Shown: positions 16,623 to 23,501 of the stretch, in pieces | Layout: each line of letters begins with the position of its first letter | Numbering within the stretch: position 1 is the stretch's first letter | Source: Corynebacterium glutamicum ATCC 13032 | GTDB lineage: Bacteria > Actinomycetota > Actinomycetes > Mycobacteriales > Mycobacteriaceae | NCBI RefSeq assembly: GCF_000011325.1 | Contig: NC_003450.3 | Span: 3,270,001 to 3,302,000 of the forward strand | Direction: 5' to 3' | Length of the DNA: 32,000 nucleotides | Notes under the pieces: generated by a model | Seen by the model: the letters and a program-made list of their open reading frames with translations, nothing else | Told to the model about the DNA's origin: nothing | Database searches by the model: none | Made by a program: the position numbers and the translations under genes

Positions 16623-17009
16623 ATGATCATTATCGGAGCAGTTTTCGCCATCCTCGCAGTTCTACTGCATGTTTTCATCTTCTACATGGAATCATTCGCA
16701 TGGACTAGTGAGAAAGCACGTGGAGTTTTCGGCACCACCGAAATCGACGCCGAGAACACCAAGGAGATGGCCTACAACCAAGGCTTCTACAACTTCTTCC
16801 TGGCAGTCATCGCCGGCGTGGGTGTTGCGTTCCTCTTCGCTGGTTCAACTGGCATCGGCGCAGCCCTCGCACTCGCTGGCACCGGTTCCATGCTGGCAGC
16901 CGCTGCAGTGTTGGCTTTGAGCTCACCCGACAAGCGTGGTGCAGCCTTCAAGCAAGGCACGTTCCCGCTGCTCGCAGTGGTGTTCCTTGTGATTGGATTG
17001 CTGGTTTAA
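16623..17009 (+). CDS. DUF1304-family membrane protein
   Basis: 128 aa with 4 TM segments. The HVFIFYMESFAW ... NQGFYNFFLA pattern is characteristic of DUF1304. Confidence 0.65.
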   Translation: MIIIGAVFAILAVLLHVFIFYMESFAWTSEKARGVFGTTEIDAENTKEMAYNQGFYNFFLAVIAGVGVAFLFAGSTGIGAALALAGTGSMLAAAAVLALSSPDKRGAAFKQGTFPLLAVVFLVIGLLV

Positions 17010-17076
17010 GCAGTTTTTTAAAGGAACTTGCCCTGGACTTCACTTTTGTGAAGACCGGGGCATTTTTGTTTTTCTT

Positions 17077-17283
17077 CTACAAAATTTCTCCGTCAATGAG
17101 CCAAGCCAATGACCTGTAGTTATCAAGCATTTCTGATTCTTCCACGCTCAATAAATCTGCATCGTAGAGGCGATGCATCTGTTCCAGGTTAAAGGGACGC
17201 ATCCGTTCAAGTAGTTCTTGTCGTTCAGCCCGGAGTTCCGCTGTTGTACAAACTTTGAAAATCGGTGTTGAATTTTCAGACAT
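17077..17283 (-). CDS. Small hypothetical protein (68 aa), AT-rich
   Basis: ATG 17283 is preferred over TTG 17298. Helical, charged sequence with no recognisable family and no clear RBS. Confidence 0.35.
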   Translation of the reverse strand: MSENSTPIFKVCTTAELRAERQELLERMRPFNLEQMHRLYDADLLSVEESEMLDNYRSLAWLIDGEIL

Positions 17284-17337
17284 AACTAATTGTAACAACG
17301 CTTTGCACCTTCAACGACTGTTTGAAATCCAATAGCA

Positions 17338-17379
17338 AAGCTCCCTTTATGCGGCTTTTAACGCGCAAAAAGGGAGCTT
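17338..17379 (-). terminator. Terminator-like hairpin downstream of thiD
   Basis: aagctcccttt (17338-17348) pairs with aaagggagctt (17369-17379), with an inner tgcg/cgca pairing, 11 nt after the thiD stop. Confidence 0.4.
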
Positions 17380-17390
17380 GTTTAAGATTT

Positions 17391-18191
17391 CTACTTGTTG
17401 TCTTCCGCCAACCACACAGAGGTAAACGGTGCGTTGGATGCGACAGCGTCCTTCACTGCGCGGGTGACTACGCGCTTAGCGGTGGTCACTGCATCAACGG
17501 CAGAGTTGCCCTTGGCCAGCTCTGCGGTGATGACAGCTGCGAAGGTACAGCCAGCGCCGGAGACGCGCTCGTCGCCGATCTTTGGTTCAGAGAACACGTG
17601 GTAGTCGGTGCCGTCGAAAAGTACGTCCACAGCGTTGTCGCCTGGGAAGTCGATGCCACCCTTAACAACGACGTACTGAGGTCCTTGCTCATGAATGAGG
17701 CGGGCTGCTTCCTTCAGGTCGTCGATGGTCTCCAGCTTGTCTAGGCCAGACAGGGTGGTGGCCTCGAAGTTGTTTGGAGTAACCACGGTTGCCTGTGGCA
17801 GCACCTTCGCGCGAAGGGCAGTGTCAGTATCAAGTGCCGCGCCGGGCTCCTGGCCCTTGCAGATCAGTACCGGGTCTAGGACAACGTGCTTGAAGCTGTT
17901 TTCCTCCAAAGCGGTTGCCACAGTATCGATCGTTGCAGGAGTACCCAACATACCGATCTTCACCACATCAAGATCGTGCGCTGCGGTGGCGGCCTCAATC
18001 TGATTAGCGATAACCTGCGCATCAACCGGGACAAAACGGTGATTCCAGTTGTCTTTAGGATCAAAGGCCACCAAGCATGTGATGGCACCAATGCCATAAA
18101 CATCTAAATGCTGGAAGGTCTTCAAATCAACCTGGATGCCGGCGCCGCCGGTAGCTTCTGAACCTGCAATAACGAATGCGTAATTAACCAC
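17391..18191 (-). CDS. thiD: Hydroxymethylpyrimidine/phosphomethylpyrimidine kinase (ThiD family; a PdxK-like role is not excluded)
   Basis: 266 aa. N-terminal VIAGSEATGGAGIQVDLKTF and C-terminal GAGCTFAAVITAELAKG ribokinase-fold motifs. No TPP riboswitch is visible in the 74-bp upstream region. Confidence 0.85.
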   Translation of the reverse strand: MVNYAFVIAGSEATGGAGIQVDLKTFQHLDVYGIGAITCLVAFDPKDNWNHRFVPVDAQVIANQIEAATAAHDLDVVKIGMLGTPATIDTVATALEENSFKHVVLDPVLICKGQEPGAALDTDTALRAKVLPQATVVTPNNFEATTLSGLDKLETIDDLKEAARLIHEQGPQYVVVKGGIDFPGDNAVDVLFDGTDYHVFSEPKIGDERVSGAGCTFAAVITAELAKGNSAVDAVTTAKRVVTRAVKDAVASNAPFTSVWLAEDNK

Positions 18192-18265
18192 ACTTCAAAC
18201 CTAGCCCCTCAGGTGGAGGATTCCGACATTACCGTCTGAAAAATTTCATCCGTAGGCTAAAGAGC

Positions 18266-18613
18266 ATGTCGAAAACGATCATCGTGCGCACCGAAATTGA
18301 AATCCCTGGACACCCAACCGCCATCCATATCGCAGAGATGCAGGAGCTTCCCCCATCTGAGGCTCAAGGCGGCGTGCAGATGTGCAAAATGCAGCGCATT
18401 ATTGAACTAGCAGGAACTGCCGAAGGGGATGTCGTTACTGGTGCAGGTGTTATTGGCGGATCTAATTTCCAGCTGAATAACGAGCCAAATGAAGTGGTTC
18501 CCCATCCAGATACCTATGCGGATTTCCCCGATATCAAGGCGGTTGTTATCTCCGCGGAGACTTTTGAAGGCCTGTGGCTGGAAGCGGGAGCGAAGTTCCC
18601 TGGGTTAAATTAA
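18266..18613 (+). CDS. Hypothetical protein (115 aa)
   Basis: Clean ORF with host-like composition, divergent from thiD. No recognisable motifs. Confidence 0.45.
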   Translation: MSKTIIVRTEIEIPGHPTAIHIAEMQELPPSEAQGGVQMCKMQRIIELAGTAEGDVVTGAGVIGGSNFQLNNEPNEVVPHPDTYADFPDIKAVVISAETFEGLWLEAGAKFPGLN

Positions 18614-18623
18614 CCACTTGCAG

Positions 18624-18642
18624 TATACCCTAGTGGGGTATA
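18624..18642. promoter_or_regulatory. CsoR-type operator-like palindrome upstream of copZ copy 2
   Basis: TATACCC-TAGT-GGGGTATA, an imperfect version of the 13120-13138 palindrome at the same relative position (43 nt before the ATG). Confidence 0.45.
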
Positions 18643-18685
18643 TTGTCTGCTGTTAGAAGATACCCGACAGAAAGGGGCCAATAAT

Positions 18686-18889
18686 ATGGCTATCAAGAAC
18701 TACACCGTCGAAGGCATGACTTGTGGACACTGCGTCTCCTCCGTAAAGGAAGAGGTCGGAGAGGTTGCTGGCGTCACCGCTGTGGACGTCACCCTAGAAA
18801 CCGGTGCCGTGCAGGTTACCGGCGAAGACTTCACCGACGAGGCTGTCAAGGCTGCTGTCGTTGAGGCTGGCTACAAGGTTGTTGCATAA
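18686..18889 (+). CDS. copZ: HMA copper chaperone, CopZ-like, copy 2
   Basis: 67 aa with the GMTCGHC motif, about 70% identical by eye to copy 1. RBS gaaagggg. Confidence 0.85.
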   Translation: MAIKNYTVEGMTCGHCVSSVKEEVGEVAGVTAVDVTLETGAVQVTGEDFTDEAVKAAVVEAGYKVVA

Positions 18890-18904
18890 ACCCCTGAAAA
18901 GTTT

Positions 18905-18951
18905 AAAGCCGCCCCCTCACCGTAATGCTCACGGTGAGGGGGCGGCTTTTT
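18905..18951 (+). terminator. Rho-independent terminator of copZ copy 2 (bidirectional with azlD)
   Basis: 19-bp perfect stem, aaagccgccccctcaccgt (18905-18923) with acggtgagggggcggcttt (18931-18949), and a T5 run. Confidence 0.85.
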
Positions 18952-18968
18952 GCGTCGAGAAGCATCTT

Positions 18969-19316
18969 TTAAAAAACGACGTTGACCAGAAACATGTAGG
19001 CCAAGGTGCCACCGACGATGGACAGCCCGGCGGAGCCTTTCAACCAGTGCAGCAGCGCGGTGAATGCCACCGCGATCAGTGAAGCACCCACACCACCTGG
19101 CGCACTGACCTGGCCAAAGAGCGTGTAAATGACCAATACGACCATCACTCCGACTGGCATTGTGCGCCCCAAAACTCCCATGAGTTGGTTGCTGTTGACG
19201 CGTTTCATCGCGGCGAAGGGGAAGATGCGCAGCAGCAAGGTGATGATCGCGATGGGGATCAACACGGCGGCGACGTTGAGCAGCGTGACGCCTTCTGGCA
19301 GGCCAAACTCACTCAT
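18969..19316 (-). CDS. azlD: AzlD-family branched-chain amino acid transport protein
   Basis: 115-aa, 4-TM hydrophobic protein overlapping azlC by 8 nt. Typical AzlD size and pairing. Confidence 0.75.
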   Translation of the reverse strand: MSEFGLPEGVTLLNVAAVLIPIAIITLLLRIFPFAAMKRVNSNQLMGVLGRTMPVGVMVVLVIYTLFGQVSAPGGVGASLIAVAFTALLHWLKGSAGLSIVGGTLAYMFLVNVVF

Positions 19317-20022
19317 GGGAAGTCCTGATCTCCAGTTTCTTGTCCAGGTTGGGGAAGCGGACGCGGAGAAGAAGGATCAAAAAGTACGTGGTCAAAGCGA
19401 TAACCAGCATCTGCTCGGGCGCCACAAAACCGGAAACCAGAGCCAATACCACCGCGAATAATGGCAGCGAATAATCCTTGTTATTTTTGAATGCCTCCCA
19501 CGCCAGCACCACAAACAGCGCGGTCAGGGCAAAATCCATGCCTTTTAGATCATCGGGCAGCACTTGACCAACCAAGGCGCCAATAATTCCTGGGATAACC
19601 CACAGAGCTTGGCACAAAATTTGAACGGTAAGCACCCGCGTGCCACTGATATCGCCAGGTGGGCGGGCTGACACGATGGCGTAGGACTCGTCGGTAAGCG
19701 CGTAGGTGGAATAGGCGCGGCCGGCGCCGGACTTGATGCGGTGGCGTGGGAAGGTGAGACCGTAGAAAATGTGGCGGAAATTCACCATGAAACCAGCGAC
19801 CGCCGCCGAAAACGGGCCGATACCTGCGGTGACCATGCCGATTGCCAGAAATTCCATCGAACCGGCATAGATCACGAAGGAGAAAATCGGCGTCCACCAC
19901 CAGGCGAAACCTGTCTGGACCATCAACAGCCCAAAGGCCAAACCCAGCGGAATCAGCCCCAAACCGACCGTTAAAGTCTCACCGATTCCGCCGCGAATTT
20001 CTTTTAAATTTTCGGAACTCAT
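19309..20022 (-). CDS. azlC: AzlC-family branched-chain amino acid permease subunit
   Basis: 237-aa polytopic membrane protein with AzlC-like motifs (GLAFGLL, FRHIFYGL). Its start abuts the yqgE stop. Confidence 0.75.
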   Translation of the reverse strand: MSSENLKEIRGGIGETLTVGLGLIPLGLAFGLLMVQTGFAWWWTPIFSFVIYAGSMEFLAIGMVTAGIGPFSAAVAGFMVNFRHIFYGLTFPRHRIKSGAGRAYSTYALTDESYAIVSARPPGDISGTRVLTVQILCQALWVIPGIIGALVGQVLPDDLKGMDFALTALFVVLAWEAFKNNKDYSLPLFAVVLALVSGFVAPEQMLVIALTTYFLILLLRVRFPNLDKKLEIRTSHE

Positions 20023-20628
20023 CTAATTATCTGAAGGGTCCGACGGAAACGTGGAATACAACGGCAAAGGCATTGCTTGTCGACGCATCACGTCGCCCCA
20101 AATATCGACGCGGCCCGGCGCGATAATGTCCGACGGCAACGCAGGTGTGACGAACCAATCACCCTGCTCAATTTCCTCGTTGAGCTGGCCCGGAGCCCAC
20201 TCCGCGTAGCCCGCAAAAAAGCGCATGCCCTCAAGATCATCAGCCACATCTTCAGGTGCAGAACGCAGATCCACGTGCACCAGGCGGTTGGCGAGCTTGT
20301 TGAAGCTGGTGGAATTTTCAATATCCACGCCCGGCTTGGTCACGCCCAAACCAACCACAGCCTGCTGGCTCAACGGCCCACCGATGTACAGTGCCTGTGG
20401 CTTCGAGGTGAGGTCCACCCACTCGGGCAACACATTGGCCACAGCAACATCGGAACGTGAAGAAATGTTCACACCAAAAGTGGTGGCAGGAGAATGCTCG
20501 ATGATCAACACGATGCTGCGCTCAAAATCCTCCGACGCCATATCGGGCGCAGCCACCAACAACATGCCTGGAGCTACCTCATTGCGCTCCATCGCGTTAA
20601 ACAACCTGTCGGCATAAAAATCACTCAT
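20023..20628 (-). CDS. YqgE/AlgH-family (UPF0301/DUF179) protein
   Basis: 201 aa. LLVAAPDMASEDFERSIVLIIEH...GGPL...GYAEWAPGQLEEE-like pattern. Its start overlaps the cca stop (ATGAGTGA). Confidence 0.75.
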   Translation of the reverse strand: MSDFYADRLFNAMERNEVAPGMLLVAAPDMASEDFERSIVLIIEHSPATTFGVNISSRSDVAVANVLPEWVDLTSKPQALYIGGPLSQQAVVGLGVTKPGVDIENSTSFNKLANRLVHVDLRSAPEDVADDLEGMRFFAGYAEWAPGQLNEEIEQGDWFVTPALPSDIIAPGRVDIWGDVMRRQAMPLPLYSTFPSDPSDN

Positions 20629-22105
20629 TGTTTTCTCCTTCCCACCAGCTCTTCAGCTCTGCGATGGCAACTTCACGATCCAAAGGACCGCGCTCCAAAC
20701 GAAGCTCCTTCAAAAACGCCCACGCCTTACCCACTTCAGGTCCGGCTTGGATGTTCAGAATCTCCATGATCTCATTGCCATCCAAATCTGGGCGCACCCT
20801 GGCAAGATCTTCCTTTGCGGCGATCTCCGCGATGCGCTCTTCCAAATGATCGTAGGTGGCTTGCAGTCGTGCTGCCTTCCTTTTATTTCTTGTGGTGCAA
20901 TCAGCACGCACTAACTTGTGCAAACGTGGCAGCAATTCACCCGCATCTGCGGCATACCTACGCACTGCAGAATCCGTCCACTGGCCTTCGCTGAAACCAT
21001 GGAAACGCATGTGCAGGAACACCAACTGCCCGACATCGCCGACCATTTGCTTTGAGTACTTCAGCTTGCGCATCCGTCGCCTCACCAGCTTGGCGCCAAC
21101 TACCTCATGCTGATGGAAGCTCACGCGGCCTTCCTCATTGAAGTCACGAGTATCTGGCTTACCGCAATCATGAAGCAGAGCAGCCCAACGAAGCACCAGG
21201 TCAGGGCCATCTTCTTCCTGATCAATCGCTTGGCGCATCACCTGCAACGAGTGCGCGTACACATCCTTGTGCTGCATGTGTTCATCTTGAGTCATCTGCA
21301 TCGCAGGGATCTCCGGATAAATAATCTGCGCGATACCGGACTCCACCATGAGGTCAATGCCAGCCTCAGGGTTTTTGCCAAGGATCATTTTGTCCAACTC
21401 AACCTGCATGCGTTCCACAGTGATCCGAGTAATCTGCTGCGCCATTTCAGTCATGGCGGTAATAACTCGTGGTGCAAGGGTGAAATTCAGTTGGGAAACA
21501 AAGCGGGCAGCGCGCAGCATTCGCAGAGGATCATCATTGAATGATTGTTCCGGAGTAGCTGGGGTATCCAAAGTGTGGGTAAGTAGATCTTCCAAGCCAC
21601 CCACTGGATCGTGGAAAGTTAATTCACCATCGGCTTGGATCTCCACAGCCATGGCGTTGACCTTGAAATCGCGCCTAATCAGATCGCCTTCCAAGGTGTC
21701 ACCGAAGGTCACTTCAGGGTTGCGGGAGTTTCCGTCATAGAGATCAGAACGGAATGTCGTGATTTCGATCTGCTGACCATGCTTTTCTGCAGAAAGGGTG
21801 CCAAACGCAATTCCGGTATCCCACACCACATCGGCGTAATCATCCAGGATCGCCTTTGTCTCCTCAGGGCGTGCCGACGTGGTGAAATCAAGGTCATGCC
21901 CCAACTCACCTAAGAAAGCATCCCTCACGGAACCGCCCACCAAATATAGGGAGTGTCCCTTGCTGGAAAATGCTGCCGCTAGGGGCACAAGGATGTCTGA
22001 AAGCTCACCAATTGCCTGGTGAGCGCGCGCCATTAAAGCAAGGCGGTCTACTTCCTGGTCCACTTTCTGTGGGGGAACTTGGTTCTGAGCATCCTGGGAA
22101 TTCAC
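20621..22105 (-). CDS. cca: CCA tRNA nucleotidyltransferase / poly(A) polymerase family with HD domain (PcnA-like)
   Basis: GGSVRD...DLDF nucleotidyltransferase motif, RDFxxNA, and the HD motif (LLHDCGKP). The GTG 22105 start (494 aa) is chosen because the upstream 67 aa of the tracked ORF look non-coding, so the start is uncertain. Confidence 0.8.
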   Translation of the reverse strand: MNSQDAQNQVPPQKVDQEVDRLALMARAHQAIGELSDILVPLAAAFSSKGHSLYLVGGSVRDAFLGELGHDLDFTTSARPEETKAILDDYADVVWDTGIAFGTLSAEKHGQQIEITTFRSDLYDGNSRNPEVTFGDTLEGDLIRRDFKVNAMAVEIQADGELTFHDPVGGLEDLLTHTLDTPATPEQSFNDDPLRMLRAARFVSQLNFTLAPRVITAMTEMAQQITRITVERMQVELDKMILGKNPEAGIDLMVESGIAQIIYPEIPAMQMTQDEHMQHKDVYAHSLQVMRQAIDQEEDGPDLVLRWAALLHDCGKPDTRDFNEEGRVSFHQHEVVGAKLVRRRMRKLKYSKQMVGDVGQLVFLHMRFHGFSEGQWTDSAVRRYAADAGELLPRLHKLVRADCTTRNKRKAARLQATYDHLEERIAEIAAKEDLARVRPDLDGNEIMEILNIQAGPEVGKAWAFLKELRLERGPLDREVAIAELKSWWEGENNE

Positions 22106-22301
22106 GAATCTGAGTCTACCCAGTAGAAGTGTGGGCAAAAACTGCTCTAAATGTGAAATTAGAATAAGTTTTCGCACTTTGCACCGTAGGAGCCCGTTTA
22201 AGGCCCCGCAGCCAAAGAACGGGTAAAAGGGTGCATCAGTACAGGTTAGCTCGTTAGAAAGCCACACAGCGAGTCGAGTTTTGAGGGCCATTTTTAGCAA
22301 T

Positions 22302-22429
22302 TGCAAGGATCCACCACAAATCAGTAAATCGAACGTATTTGTGGTGTATTTTCGCGCGTTGAGGGCTCAAAAATGCAAGGATCCACCACAGAATCGCAAA
22401 AATTCGGGATTTGTGGTGGGGATTTGCAT
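22302..22429. repeat. Two tandem ~72-bp units, each TGCAAGGATCCACCACA...ATTTGTGGTG, forming hairpins
   Basis: An identical 17-mer occurs at 22302-22318 and 22374-22390. Each pairs with a downstream ATTTGTGGTG (22337-22346; 22409-22419). The stems are conserved and the loops differ. Confidence 0.75.
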
Positions 22430-22532
22430 CTGAGCAGCCGACACGGCGCCGAACCCCTCACTACGCGAGTCAATTAACCCCCGGGCGGTTCATTAATACC
22501 GAATACCCACCTCTCACGATACGATTGGTTGA

Positions 22533-23501
22533 ATGAGTGACTTGAAACCCGAGGGGACTACTAGCGGAGCGCCTAAACGCAGGCGCCGCCGCCGTTCTCG
22601 CCGTCCTTCAGGTCAGAACCAAAACCCAAACCAAAACAGGCAGGGACAACAGGGGCAGCAAACCCAAAATCAGCCCCAAGCCCAGCCACAAAGCCAACAG
22701 GCCCAACCCCAAAAGCAGAACCAGCAGGGCCAAAATCAGGGCCAAGCTTCTGAGAAAACCTCTCAGAGGCCAAAGCGCCGTCGGTCCCGCAGGAACCCGA
22801 AGAGCAACAACACCCAACAACACAGCCAAAACAGTCAAAACAACCAGAACAGCCAAAACTCCCAGCAAAACACCCAAACCCAAACCTCTCAGTCGAATAA
22901 GCAGAAGTCTCAGGACAACCGCAGGGGTAAGGGTCGTAGGTCTCCAACCAGGAGGCGTTCCAACACGAGGGTGAATCAGGCGTGGCAGCAGTCCCGTTTG
23001 GTTACTTCTGATGAGACTTCCGCAGGTGGTCTCGTGGTGTCAGGTTTGGCTGAGGCGGTCAACGCTAACAATGAGGTTGATCTGTCGAAGATTTATGTTG
23101 CGTTGATTGGTCGCCTTGATCGTCGTGGTCGTTTGTTGTGGTCGATGCCGAAGGGCCATGTTGAGCCTGGTGAGGATAAGGCTGCGACTGCTGAGCGTGA
23201 GGTGTGGGAGGAGACCGGCATCCACGGTGAGGTGTTCACTGAGTTGGGTGTGATTGATTATTGGTTCGTTTCGGAAGGGAAGCGGATCCATAAGACGGTG
23301 CATCATCATTTGTTGCGTTATGTTGATGGCGATTTGAATGATGAGGATCCAGAAGTCACTGAGGTGGCGTGGATTCCGGCGAATCAGTTGATTGAGCATT
23401 TGGCTTTTGCGGATGAGCGGAAGTTGGCTAGGCAGGCGCATGATTTGTTGCCTGAGTTTGCTTTGAAGGAAAAGGCGGAGGGAAGGTCCACCCCAAGGTG
23501 A
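22533..23501 (+). CDS. Nudix hydrolase (MutT4-like) with a ~160-aa Gln/Asn/Arg-rich disordered N-terminus
   Basis: Nudix box GHVEPGEDKAATAEREVWEETGI. The N-terminus is a low-complexity Q/N/R tract. The stop overlaps the next start (GTGA). Confidence 0.85.
   Translation: MSDLKPEGTTSGAPKRRRRRRSRRPSGQNQNPNQNRQGQQGQQTQNQPQAQPQSQQAQPQKQNQQGQNQGQASEKTSQRPKRRRSRRNPKSNNTQQHSQNSQNNQNSQNSQQNTQTQTSQSNKQKSQDNRRGKGRRSPTRRRSNTRVNQAWQQSRLVTSDETSAGGLVVSGLAEAVNANNEVDLSKIYVALIGRLDRRGRLLWSMPKGHVEPGEDKAATAEREVWEETGIHGEVFTELGVIDYWFVSEGKRIHKTVHHHLLRYVDGDLNDEDPEVTEVAWIPANQLIEHLAFADERKLARQAHDLLPEFALKEKAEGRSTPR

Noticed and set aside
18192-18265. TPP (THI-box) riboswitch upstream of thiD
   Set aside because: The spacer is only 74 bp and lacks the CUGAGA / ACCUGAUCUGGAUAAUGCCAGCG-type conserved elements.
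22106-22306. N-terminal 67-aa extension of the cca ORF (start at 22306)
   Set aside because: The extension is Leu/Cys/Phe-rich, unlike the rest of the protein, and runs into the divergent promoter region. GTG 22105 gives a length typical of actinobacterial PcnA/CCA enzymes. The start remains uncertain.
22302-22429. CRISPR array
   Set aside because: There are only two repeat units, each internally hairpinned, with no cas genes and no spacer-like regular architecture. It is reported as a tandem hairpin repeat instead.
22573-22947. 124-aa and 91-aa minus-strand ORFs opposite the Nudix N-terminus
   Set aside because: They are artefacts of the CAG/CAA/AAC low-complexity repeats, which are open on the complementary strand.
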